Assembly: GCA_050949175.1 (NCBI GenBank)
Contig: JBMNFG010000006.1
Location: forward strand, 6,588 to 70,587
Direction: 5' to 3'
DNA length: 64,000 nucleotides
Origin: Bacillota bacterium
GTDB taxonomy: Bacteria > Bacillota > SHA-98 > UBA4971
Below are positions 49,411 through 58,612 of this stretch, in pieces. A program made the position numbers and the translations under genes. Position 1 is the first letter of the stretch. Every line of letters begins with the position of its first letter. The notes beneath the pieces are model-generated. The model was not told the origin of the DNA. It worked only from the letters and a program-made list of their open reading frames with translations, and did not search any database.

Positions 49411-49863
49411 CTAGTATGTGATGGCATCCAGACTCGGTTCCAGGGTATGTTCGGCCTCAGTGCCTTCAATACGAACGACGAGCCTGTTGGGTAAGCACAC
49501 TATGGACTGTCCCGGCCGGCTTATCCAGCCTGTTCGTACACACGTTTTATCCAGGCAAGTGGATGCCGTGATTCTTGCTTTACCGCTTTCCGAAACCTCT
49601 AAGGTGGCTTCATGACCTTCATCTGTTTGTACTGCAAAAGTCAAAGAGCCTGAGATTTTAGAAAAAGGAATGGTTTCCAGTCTCTTGCTGTTAACTTCCA
49701 CGATCACTGCATTGGACGGAGAGGCGAATCCATCTTCTGCTTGGCCAGGCCTAAGCTGTGCAGTTGCAAGCACAATAGAAGCCAGCACAATTATACCGGC
49801 CAAGAGAATGTCAGTTGCTCTCAGAACTTTCTTCCGGTCTCGTCTACGCACGTTAAATGTCAC
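49411..49863 (-). CDS. NusG-domain-II-containing membrane-anchored protein (DUF1312 family)
   Basis: N-terminal TM anchor followed by a beta-rich NusG-II-like domain (...LTFAVQTDEGHEATLEVSESGKARI...CLPNRLVVRIEG). Confidence 0.55.
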   Translation of the reverse strand: MTFNVRRRDRKKVLRATDILLAGIIVLASIVLATAQLRPGQAEDGFASPSNAVIVEVNSKRLETIPFSKISGSLTFAVQTDEGHEATLEVSESGKARITASTCLDKTCVRTGWISRPGQSIVCLPNRLVVRIEGTEAEHTLEPSLDAITY

Positions 49864-50053
49864 ATCCCGTACTGGGTCTCATTATGTTTCGCATATACAT
49901 GTTATCGTACGTGTTCAAGTATCGCTATGGGTAACAGTGCCAGGCAGGCCCGGTGAAGTAGATGGCGGCAAAAAAGGAGTTCATGAAAACACAGAGCGCA
50001 AAACCTTTCCAAAAGGCCGGTCTTGCGCTCTTTAGCTCAAGCTTGGAAAATCT

Positions 50054-50308
50054 CTAGCTGCCTGTAGCATCCAAGCTGTTAGCACTTGATGTGTCCTTGC
50101 GCTCGCTGTCGGCTCTTTTCTTGTAATCATCGCTACGGTTGTCAGTAACATAGAACCCGGATCCTTTGAAGATAATGCCTACATTTCTGCTAATGAGCCG
50201 TTTTACAGGACTGCCACACTTCGGACAGTGTGAGAGAGGCTCATCCGACATGCGCTGGAATTCTTCAAACACTCCGCATTTCTGGCACATGTATTCATAG
50301 GTTGGCAT
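50054..50308 (-). CDS. FmdB-family zinc-ribbon putative regulatory protein
   Basis: MPTYEYMCQKCG...CPKCG, the canonical FmdB CxxC...CxxC arrangement. The start at MPTYEY is preferred over the track's earlier Met. Confidence 0.8.
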   Translation of the reverse strand: MPTYEYMCQKCGVFEEFQRMSDEPLSHCPKCGSPVKRLISRNVGIIFKGSGFYVTDNRSDDYKKRADSERKDTSSANSLDATGS

Positions 50309-50462
50309 ATCGCGATATTCCCTCCTCAATAAATGTGGCGCATTCAGGTGACACGCGTGTACGAGTCACCCAGACTACGCCACTAAGATCCATTTGCAAT
50401 TCTATCTATTAAAATAGTATATGTATAAGCAACTTGCCTGTCAATACCGCCGGTTCCAAGGC

Positions 50463-51125
50463 TCAGACAGAAAATGACATCCTGACTGCCAGTAGGTCGT
50501 CTACTGTGATCTCTACAACCCAAATACCGGGAAGGTCAATAGGGGCAGGCACACCCCATCCCGGCCTGACATGCAAAGGAAGGCCGGACGTAGTGGGAAC
50601 CGGTAAGCCATGCATAGACATAAACGCGGGCAATTCATCTTCACGATAGAGGACCCCGTCCGGCCTGTACCATCTGATCGTCTGGTAATGATACGAGTCA
50701 TCGGGCATGTCCCACTCGACCCATGCTATGACCTGTATATCATCTGGTGTGTAATTCCACTCTCTCGTAACAGGTTGGCTTTGCATGTCCAGGGCAGGTG
50801 CCAGAGCAGCTTCAAGCACAAACGGACTGTAAACGCGACAGTACGGAACCAGTTTGATCTTTGGTATATCGCCGGATCCCAAAGGAATCGTTGTTTCAAT
50901 GGAATGGTGTTCAGGCGAACCTACGATTATGTCATACTCGCCGGTCGGTACCTTCATTTTCTGCAGTTCAGCCAGGGTATAAGCTTTTCCTTCGAAAACA
51001 ACTACAGCGTCATCCACAGTTTCCCCGGACCAGGAATCAACGAAGGGGTTTTCGCACCCTGAGATGACCAAGGCTAACAAGGCTATGGATACGAAAGCAA
51101 GGAGGCGTTTTGTTATTCTATTCAC
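50463..51125 (-). CDS. Hypothetical lipoprotein
   Basis: Signal peptide with lipobox LVISGC. No recognised domain. Confidence 0.5.
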   Translation of the reverse strand: MNRITKRLLAFVSIALLALVISGCENPFVDSWSGETVDDAVVVFEGKAYTLAELQKMKVPTGEYDIIVGSPEHHSIETTIPLGSGDIPKIKLVPYCRVYSPFVLEAALAPALDMQSQPVTREWNYTPDDIQVIAWVEWDMPDDSYHYQTIRWYRPDGVLYREDELPAFMSMHGLPVPTTSGLPLHVRPGWGVPAPIDLPGIWVVEITVDDLLAVRMSFSV

Positions 51126-51542
51126 AGAAAGCTCTCTCCCTTCAAGCTAACGGTAACTGCATAAAGGGGCGATAGATCATGTGGAAGCACAGGAACCGTT
51201 CAACCTGAAAAAACTGCCGCATCGTATATAATGATATTTGGCAGCATCTCCACTGGATATCTAAGGTAGTGACAGAGGTATTGAAATTAGCTCCAATAAA
51301 TGAGAGAATAACCCCTATAAACAAATACTAACACTTAGGCCGTGACGAAGCAAGGCTTTAGATGCGCAGCAGCCGAGTGTACATAAAAGAAGGGAGTAGG
51401 ATAGCAGTGCAACAGAAGGAATTTACATAGGCTTGTAGAATGTAGAATTTGTCATTGCAGGAATTTACTCTATTATCCGAATATAATAGCAATAACCGGT
51501 TGAAACAACATAATCAAGCTCTAGAAGAATTAGGAGGTTGAG

Positions 51543-52505
51543 ATGATGAGAAGGCTTCTATTAGCGGGTGTTGTTGTGTGTCTTGTTTTTGTCATGACTA
51601 TCCCGTCTTTTGCAGCTACTGCTCACCTAGTTATGGCGACAGGCGGCACCGCAGGCACTTACTATCCCCTAGGGGGAGCAATGTCTCAGATTATTAACTC
51701 AAAAGTGAAAGATGTCAACGTCAGCGTCCAGAGCACGGGGGCTTCTGTTGCGAATATCAGAATGATTCAAAACGGAGAAGTGGACCTTGCCTTAGTCCAG
51801 ACAGATATAGCTGACTATGCCTGGAACGGGACTGAGATGTTCGAAAGCGATGGGAAGCTCCAGGGATTTGCAGTTATTGCATCGCTGTATCCGGAATTGA
51901 TACAGGTCGTGGTACGGGAGGAGTCAGGGATTAATTCCATTGCAGACCTGAAGGGTAAGAAGGTATCTGTAGGTGCTCCCGGCAGCGGTACTGAGGCGAA
52001 TGCAAGACAGCTTCTGGAGACTTACGGCCTTGAATACAAGGACCTTGCTCAGGTCCAGTACTTGAGCTTCGCAGAGTCAGCAGAGGCATTTAAAGACAGA
52101 CACATCGATGCCTTCTTTGTGACGGGAGGCATACCCAACGCGGGTATACAGGATACCGCTACGATGCACAGGATAAGCATTCTCTCTGTTTCTGATGAGA
52201 TGTTTGAGAAGCTCCATGACAGCTACGGGTTTTACGGCCAGGCACTGATTCCCGCAGGTTGCTATATTAACCAGGCTGAGGATGTCCAGACTGTTGCTGT
52301 ACAAGCTGTGCTTATCGCACGAGCCGATTTGGATGCTGATATTGTATACAATATGACTGCTGCATTGTTCGATAACCTTCCTGAACTCGCACAAGGCCAC
52401 GCAAAAGGCCAAGAAATCAGTTTGGAAGGTGCACTGGTAGGAGTGAGTACACCGTTACATCCCGGTGCTGAGAAGTACTTCAAGGAAAAGGGTGTTCTGA
52501 ACTAG
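51543..52505 (+). CDS. TAXI-family TRAP transporter solute receptor
   Basis: Signal peptide. TAXI blocks ATGGTAGTYYPLGGAMSQI and LKGKKVSVGAPGSGTEANARQLLETYGL. RBS GGAGG. Confidence 0.85.
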   Translation: MMRRLLLAGVVVCLVFVMTIPSFAATAHLVMATGGTAGTYYPLGGAMSQIINSKVKDVNVSVQSTGASVANIRMIQNGEVDLALVQTDIADYAWNGTEMFESDGKLQGFAVIASLYPELIQVVVREESGINSIADLKGKKVSVGAPGSGTEANARQLLETYGLEYKDLAQVQYLSFAESAEAFKDRHIDAFFVTGGIPNAGIQDTATMHRISILSVSDEMFEKLHDSYGFYGQALIPAGCYINQAEDVQTVAVQAVLIARADLDADIVYNMTAALFDNLPELAQGHAKGQEISLEGALVGVSTPLHPGAEKYFKEKGVLN

Positions 52506-52600
52506 AAGTTCAGCATGGCAGTGGCCCAAGAAGTATAGGGCCGCTGTGAAATCCGGAGGAGGTAGCGGAGACTTGCCGGGCGTGCCGGGGGATTGCCGGC

Positions 52601-53167
52601 ATGCCCGGCTGTCAGAATGATCACCGCAACTTTCACCATGTCATGAGGATTCAAAGACCCGCCATTTTATTAATCGCTGTAGGAATCGTCCTTTTGATCG
52701 TTTTCCTTCCCACAGGCCTGGTCCTTAAGGTTGAGGAGATGCGTTCTCCTGCCTGTCTGTATCAGGTGCCTGTCAGAGAAGGGGATGAGTTTACTTTGGA
52801 GTTCATCCACTCAGTTCAAAGGACGCCTGTTAAAGAGGTCTTTAGAATCGATGGAAAAGGCAGTATATACCTTATTGAGACAGAGTATCAATCTTTCGGG
52901 GCGGGTTTGCCCACTATGCCGGATGTTGGAGCCGAGGTAGAGGTAGAGGGTGGGAAGATTCGCATCACCGGTATGCGCCGGAAAATTGACCAGTTCTTAG
53001 TTGCCGTCAGCCCGGTTCCGGGCCATGCCCTTACTGTTGGAGGAGAAAAGGTAGAATTGGCAAGCCTTGCCCAACCGGGGACCGGTCTTCTGATAAGAGT
53101 GGCGCGTGAGCGTCTTTTGGCAGCTTTTGTAGGGAGGAGATATGAGTGGACGAGAAAAAGGATCTGA
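52601..53167 (+). CDS. DUF1850-domain protein (TAXI-TRAP operon accessory protein)
   Basis: N-terminal TM helix plus DUF1850-like beta domain. Conserved position between the TAXI receptor and the fused permease. Confidence 0.6.
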   Translation: MPGCQNDHRNFHHVMRIQRPAILLIAVGIVLLIVFLPTGLVLKVEEMRSPACLYQVPVREGDEFTLEFIHSVQRTPVKEVFRIDGKGSIYLIETEYQSFGAGLPTMPDVGAEVEVEGGKIRITGMRRKIDQFLVAVSPVPGHALTVGGEKVELASLAQPGTGLLIRVARERLLAAFVGRRYEWTRKRI

Positions 53168-55134
53168 GGAACACAAAAGATGTGAATGTAGACGCTTACG
53201 AAGTTGTAAGTGATGAAGAGATTGAAGAAGTCTTAATGAAATATGACAGGGAGTCGGCTTATCGGAGGATTCCGGGGACTTATTCTTTAGTGATTTCAGT
53301 GATCGCGATTGCCTTTTCCCTTTTTCACCTGTACACAGCAGCTTTCGGGGTACTTCCGGCACAGATACAAAGGGCGGTCCATTTAGGGTTTGGCCTTGTG
53401 TTGACATATCTTCTTTACCCCGCAACACGAAAAGGTGTACACAAGCTCGCCTGGTATGATGTTGGCCTTGCCCTCCTGGCTCTTTTCGTCATGAGCTATC
53501 CGGTATGGAACTTCCATTCCCTGCTTATTAGGGCAGGGGCATATACCACACTGGATATTGTAATCGGTGCAATAGGCATCCTCCTGGTGCTGGAGGCGAC
53601 CAGGAGAGTTGTGGGAATACCCATCCTCGTTGTGGTAAGCGTCGCTTTAGCATACTGCTACTTCGGACGCTACATACCCGGGTTTTTCGGACACAGAGGT
53701 GCTTCTTTGCAAAGGCTTGTAAGCCACATGTTTTACACTACTGAAGGGATATTCGGCATTCCTTTGGGAGTGTCATCTGTATTTATATTTCTTTTTATAC
53801 TATTTGGAGCCTTTCTTGAAAAGACAGGCATAGGACAGTTCTTCATTGATATTTCCAATTCCATCGCAGGGCATGCTGCAGGCGGGCCTGCAAAGGTTGC
53901 CGTTATCACCAGTGCATTTGAAGGAACTGTGTCAGGAAGCTCAGTTGCCAACACGGTAGGATCAGGAAGCTTCACCATTCCTATGATGAAGAGGTTAGGT
54001 TATAGGCCTGAGTTTGCAGGTGCAGTAGAGGCAGCAGCTTCGACCGGTGGGCAGATAATGCCTCCCATAATGGGTGCTGCAGCGTTTTTGATGGCGGAAT
54101 TCATTGGAGTCCCGTATATTCAGATAGTGAAATCCGCAGTAATTCCTGCGATCCTTTATTTTGCCGGTGTGTTCATTGTAGTTCACCTTGAGGCAAAGAA
54201 AACAGGGCTGAAAGGGCTGGATCGAGATAAGCTGCCTAGGTTTTGGACGATCATGCGTGAGCGGGGCCAGCTTTTTCTCCCTCTTGTGATAATCGTTTAC
54301 CTGCTTGTCACAGGAAGCACTCCGATGAAAGCAGCTCTCTGGGGGCTTGTAGTGGCAGTCCTTGCCAGTTTTCTCTCGAGCGCAACCAGGATGAAGCGGG
54401 GAGATATCTTGTCTGCTTTAGAAATGGGAGCAAGAAATGCTTTAGGTGTGGTGGTAGCTTGTGCAGCCGCAGGCATGATAGTGGGAACTGTGACCCTGAC
54501 CGGACTCGGGCTTAAACTTGCCACAGGCCTCATAGAACTTGCTCGTGGCCAGCTGTTGCCCACTTTAATCTTTACTATGCTGACCTCACTTGTGCTGGGT
54601 ATGGGAGCTCCTACTACAGCTAACTATGTCATAACATCAACGATTGCAGCTCCTGCACTCATGAAGCTCGGGGTTCCGGTTATTGCTGCCCATATGTTCG
54701 CATTCTATTTCGGCATAGTTGCAGACCTTACTCCTCCTGTAGCTCTTGCAGCTATGGCAGGCGCAGGGATAGCAAAGGCCAACCCTTTGAGGACAGGTGT
54801 TGAGTCTACGAAGCTTGCAATCGCGGCGTTTCTCGTGCCGTATTTCTTCGTATATTCTCCCACTTTGTTGCTCATTGGGGATGTGTCATGGATGTACACG
54901 CTCCGCATTGTAGCAGGTGCGCTCTTAGGCATGGTGGGACTCGGTGCAGCTGCTGAGGCGTGGCTGCTTACTCATACCACGCCCATTGAAAGGGTCCTGC
55001 TTCTCGTAGGCGGCCTATCACTTATCCATCCGAGCTTAACTACGGATATCATCGGACTTGTGTTCATAGGCACAGTCTACTTCATCCAAAAAACGCGCGT
55101 ATCGCGGGAAAGCCCTGAAAGCGTAGGGTCATAG
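53146..55134 (+). CDS. TRAP transporter fused permease (TAXI-type DctQM fusion, 4TM/12TM)
   Basis: 662 aa and highly hydrophobic. Typical of TAXI-TRAP fused permeases. Confidence 0.85.
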   Translation: MDEKKDLRNTKDVNVDAYEVVSDEEIEEVLMKYDRESAYRRIPGTYSLVISVIAIAFSLFHLYTAAFGVLPAQIQRAVHLGFGLVLTYLLYPATRKGVHKLAWYDVGLALLALFVMSYPVWNFHSLLIRAGAYTTLDIVIGAIGILLVLEATRRVVGIPILVVVSVALAYCYFGRYIPGFFGHRGASLQRLVSHMFYTTEGIFGIPLGVSSVFIFLFILFGAFLEKTGIGQFFIDISNSIAGHAAGGPAKVAVITSAFEGTVSGSSVANTVGSGSFTIPMMKRLGYRPEFAGAVEAAASTGGQIMPPIMGAAAFLMAEFIGVPYIQIVKSAVIPAILYFAGVFIVVHLEAKKTGLKGLDRDKLPRFWTIMRERGQLFLPLVIIVYLLVTGSTPMKAALWGLVVAVLASFLSSATRMKRGDILSALEMGARNALGVVVACAAAGMIVGTVTLTGLGLKLATGLIELARGQLLPTLIFTMLTSLVLGMGAPTTANYVITSTIAAPALMKLGVPVIAAHMFAFYFGIVADLTPPVALAAMAGAGIAKANPLRTGVESTKLAIAAFLVPYFFVYSPTLLLIGDVSWMYTLRIVAGALLGMVGLGAAAEAWLLTHTTPIERVLLLVGGLSLIHPSLTTDIIGLVFIGTVYFIQKTRVSRESPESVGS

Positions 55135-55255
55135 GGGCGCACCGGAGAGATCTGACGCAATATTGAAGGAATTGCGACGAGTTTGACGAAAGACTCTATG
55201 AAATAGTTGATGCCTCTACACGTAAGCCTGTTGGCGCGCAGAGGAGAGATGGGGT

Positions 55256-55654
55256 TTGAAGCTGTCACGAGAGGTAATCAATACCGAGGATAAGCGCAAG
55301 CTCCAGGATATCAGCGGGGAAGAGGTTCTATCGTGTTACCAGTGTGGTAAGTGCTCTGCAGGATGTGCAATGACATCAGCGATGGATCTCCTTCCCCACC
55401 AGGTTATCAGGCTCTTGCAGTTGGGACAGGTACAAGAGGCAGCAAGTTCCAAAACCATATGGGTATGTGCATCATGCCTTGCATGCAGTGCACGTTGTCC
55501 CAGAGGCATGAGCCTTGCAAACGTGATGGAGTCACTAAGGTCCGTATTCCTTCGTCCCGGCGAAAGGCACTTGAATCCTGCTGACATTCCTTACGAACTA
55601 CTGGAAACAGTCCCGGAACAAGCTTTGGTAGCAGCTTTTAGAAAGTACACATAA
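55256..55654 (+). CDS. hdrC: Heterodisulfide-reductase subunit C-like protein (HdrC; 2x[4Fe-4S] binding)
   Basis: CYQCGKCSAGC and CASCLACSARCP motifs. Confidence 0.8.
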   Translation: MKLSREVINTEDKRKLQDISGEEVLSCYQCGKCSAGCAMTSAMDLLPHQVIRLLQLGQVQEAASSKTIWVCASCLACSARCPRGMSLANVMESLRSVFLRPGERHLNPADIPYELLETVPEQALVAAFRKYT

Positions 55655-55725
55655 CGCAGCAGCCTTGTTTGGAGATTTGTATTGCCGCATTTCGATAACT
55701 GCGGCAGTCTGGAGGGTGGACTCCT

Positions 55726-56607
55726 GTGGTTTACTCTTACTTCCCCGGCTGTACCCTTCGGGCTAAGGCAAGAGGGTTTGAGTCCTCAACCCTTGCCTCA
55801 TGTAAGGTTCTAGGTGTATGCCTTGAAGAATTAGAGGAGTGGCAATGCTGCGGTGCTGCTTTTCCTTTGCAGATTGACAATTCCTTTCCCCTGGTGTCTC
55901 CCACTCGTGCCCTTATATCAGCGAAAAAAGCAGGACGCGACCTGGTTACTTTATGCTCGGCCTGCTTAAACGTCCTGAAAAGGACGAACCACGTAATGCG
56001 TGCAGATCTTGATAGGCGCGAGAAGGTGTGCGCTTTTATTGAAGAGGAATACTCAGGTGAAGTTGAAATCCTTCACCTTCTTGAGGTTCTAAGAGACAGA
56101 ATAGGTTTTGAAGCACTTGCCCGGAAGGTTGTCGTGCCTCTTTCCGGGCTTTCTGTTGCAGCGTACTACGGCTGTCTTTTGCTTCGCCCTCCTGAAGAAG
56201 TGGGGATTGATGACCCTGAAGCTCCAACCATTCTCGAGGAGTTTCTCTCTGCTTTAGGGTGTGATCCTGTTGACTACCCTTACAAGACGGAGTGCTGCGG
56301 GAGCTATGTGCTGCTTCAACCCGGAGAGGCGGCGTTAAGCCCTAGCAGGCTCGTGGTAGAGTCAGCAAAATCCAGAGGAGCTCAGGTGATTGTGACAAGT
56401 TGTCCGCTGTGTCAGTTCAATTTGGATTATGCACAGTCAGGTAATGCTGAACGGATGGATTACGGCCTTCCTGTCCTTTACTTCACTCAGCTTCTGGCCA
56501 TTGCTCTCGGACTTGGTGAGGAATCCCTCAATTTTGAGGAACACATTGTTCCCCCGGGACTCTTGTTTCAGTCTGTCGGGGTACTGGGATGTGGTGGATT
56601 GACATGA
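55726..56607 (+). CDS. hdrB: Heterodisulfide-reductase subunit B-like protein (HdrB; two CCG domains)
   Basis: Two Cys-rich CCG repeats (C..QCCGAAF... and C..ECCGSYV...). Confidence 0.8.
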   Translation: MVYSYFPGCTLRAKARGFESSTLASCKVLGVCLEELEEWQCCGAAFPLQIDNSFPLVSPTRALISAKKAGRDLVTLCSACLNVLKRTNHVMRADLDRREKVCAFIEEEYSGEVEILHLLEVLRDRIGFEALARKVVVPLSGLSVAAYYGCLLLRPPEEVGIDDPEAPTILEEFLSALGCDPVDYPYKTECCGSYVLLQPGEAALSPSRLVVESAKSRGAQVIVTSCPLCQFNLDYAQSGNAERMDYGLPVLYFTQLLAIALGLGEESLNFEEHIVPPGLLFQSVGVLGCGGLT

Positions 56608-58550
56608 GATGCGGTGTTTTTATCTGTCACTGCGGTTTAAATATCGGCGGAGTCGTTGATATCCCCAGAGTCCTGGAGGAGCTTGCAGGGTATGACAGCC
56701 TTGAACACGTGGTTGATTACAAGTACTTTTGCTCAGACCGGGGCCAACAGCTGATCAAAGACGCTATTCGTGACAAGAACCTTTCCTGTGTGGTAGTTGC
56801 TGCATGTTCTCCTTCCATGCATGAGGCTACCTTCAGAAAAACCGCGGAATCAGCGGGCCTCAACCCGTTCAGGTGTGAGATGGCAAACATCCGCGAACAG
56901 TGTACCTGGCCTCACAGAGGTGAACCGGAAAAAGCCACGGAAAAGGCTTTGGAGATCATAAAAGCTTCGGTTGAAAAAGTCAGGAGAAACCAGGTCTTAT
57001 CGCCGCTTTCAATCCCTGTTACCAGGCAAGCTTTGGTGGTTGGCGGAGGCATTGCAGGGATGCAAGCTGCCCTCGATATTGCTGACGCAGGGTTGAAAGT
57101 TGCGCTCGTAGAGAGGCTTCCTTATATCGGAGGGCACATGGCGCAGCTTTCAGAGACATTCCCGACTTTGGACTGTTCCCAATGTATCCTAACGCCGAAA
57201 TCTTCGGAAGTGGGATCCCATCCAAACATACACCTTTTTACAAACAGTGAGATCCATTCAATTTCCGGCTACGTAGGCAATTTCAATGTGACGATTAGAC
57301 GAAAGGCAACTTACGTTAACTGGGAGCTGTGCAACGGCTGCGGGCTCTGTATGGAAAAATGCCCTGTAAAGACAGACTCCGACTTTGAGAGGGGGCTTGC
57401 AAAAACAAAAGCTATTTCCATCGCATTTCCCCAGGCAGTGCCGAACAGGCCTGTAATCAATGAAGAAACATGCAGACACTTCACCCGGGGGAAATGCGGT
57501 GTTTGTGAGAAGGTGTGCCCGGTGGGGGCCATCGATTTTAACCAGGAAGATACCTTCTTTGACTGGAAAGCCGGTGCAGTGATAGTTGCCACAGGCTACG
57601 ACCTTCATCCCAAAGCCAGAGTTGGCGAATACGGATACGGAACGATAAAGGACGTAATAGACGGGCTGGAGTTTGAGCGGCTGAACTCAGCATCAGGCCC
57701 GACCCAAGGCGAGATCAGGCGCCCTTCCGACGGCAAGGTACCTAAAGAGATTGTATTCATACAATGCGTCGGGTCGAGAGACGAGGAAAAGGGGTACCCG
57801 TATTGCTCCAAGATCTGCTGCATGTACACGGCAAAGCATGCCCGGCTCTACAAGCATAAAGTCCCGGACGGGCAGCCGTACGTCTTTTATATGGATATCA
57901 GAGCAGGCGGCAAAGGGTACGAAGAGTTTGTGCAGAGTGCAGTGGAAGACGAAGGCGTCCTTTATCTTAGAGGTAGGGTGTCCAGGGTTCTTGAGGAGGA
58001 CGGCAAGGTAGTGGTTTTCGGTGTTGACACTCTTTCAAATAAGAAAGTCCGGATTCACGCTGATATGGTGGTCCTTGCGACAGCTATCGTCCCGGCAGAA
58101 GGCCAGCGGGAGCTTGCCAGGCTTCTTAAGATATCCACTGACGAGTGGGGTTTCTTATCTGAAGCCCATCCGAAGCTGCGGCCGGTTGAAAGCCTGACAA
58201 GGGGCATTTACATTGCCGGGTGTGCACAGGCGCCGAAAGACATTCCGGATTCCGTGACGCAAGCAGGGTCTGCTGCAGCGAAGGCCCTGGCGCTTTTTTC
58301 CTCAGATACCCTTTCCCATTCGCCTGAAGTTGCAGTTGTCGATGAAGAATTGTGTACAGGTTGCGGCCTGTGTATTGAGGTTTGCGCTTATGATGCAAGG
58401 ACTCTTGATGTACAGCGCAAGCTCGCTGCAGTAAACGAAGTCCTCTGTGAAGGGTGCGGCGCATGTCAGGTTGCTTGCCCCAGCGGCGCCACAAGCCAGA
58501 GGAACATGGAAACATCCCAGGTAATGTCTATGATCGATGCAGTGATATAA
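56589..58550 (+). CDS. hdrA: Heterodisulfide-reductase subunit A-like flavoprotein (HdrA)
   Basis: N-terminal Cys-rich domain (CGVFICHCG...). FAD GxGxxG (VVGGGIAGMQAA). Inserted and C-terminal ferredoxin motifs ([44 protein letters not shown]). Confidence 0.85.
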   Translation: MWWIDMRCGVFICHCGLNIGGVVDIPRVLEELAGYDSLEHVVDYKYFCSDRGQQLIKDAIRDKNLSCVVVAACSPSMHEATFRKTAESAGLNPFRCEMANIREQCTWPHRGEPEKATEKALEIIKASVEKVRRNQVLSPLSIPVTRQALVVGGGIAGMQAALDIADAGLKVALVERLPYIGGHMAQLSETFPTLDCSQCILTPKSSEVGSHPNIHLFTNSEIHSISGYVGNFNVTIRRKATYVNWELCNGCGLCMEKCPVKTDSDFERGLAKTKAISIAFPQAVPNRPVINEETCRHFTRGKCGVCEKVCPVGAIDFNQEDTFFDWKAGAVIVATGYDLHPKARVGEYGYGTIKDVIDGLEFERLNSASGPTQGEIRRPSDGKVPKEIVFIQCVGSRDEEKGYPYCSKICCMYTAKHARLYKHKVPDGQPYVFYMDIRAGGKGYEEFVQSAVEDEGVLYLRGRVSRVLEEDGKVVVFGVDTLSNKKVRIHADMVVLATAIVPAEGQRELARLLKISTDEWGFLSEAHPKLRPVESLTRGIYIAGCAQAPKDIPDSVTQAGSAAAKALALFSSDTLSHSPEVAVVDEELCTGCGLCIEVCAYDARTLDVQRKLAAVNEVLCEGCGACQVACPSGATSQRNMETSQVMSMIDAVI

Positions 58551-58612
58551 CCTGGTAGGACGCGGTGAGTTAACCTACTCGAATGCTTTGACACAACCAC
58601 TCGAGTAAGGGT

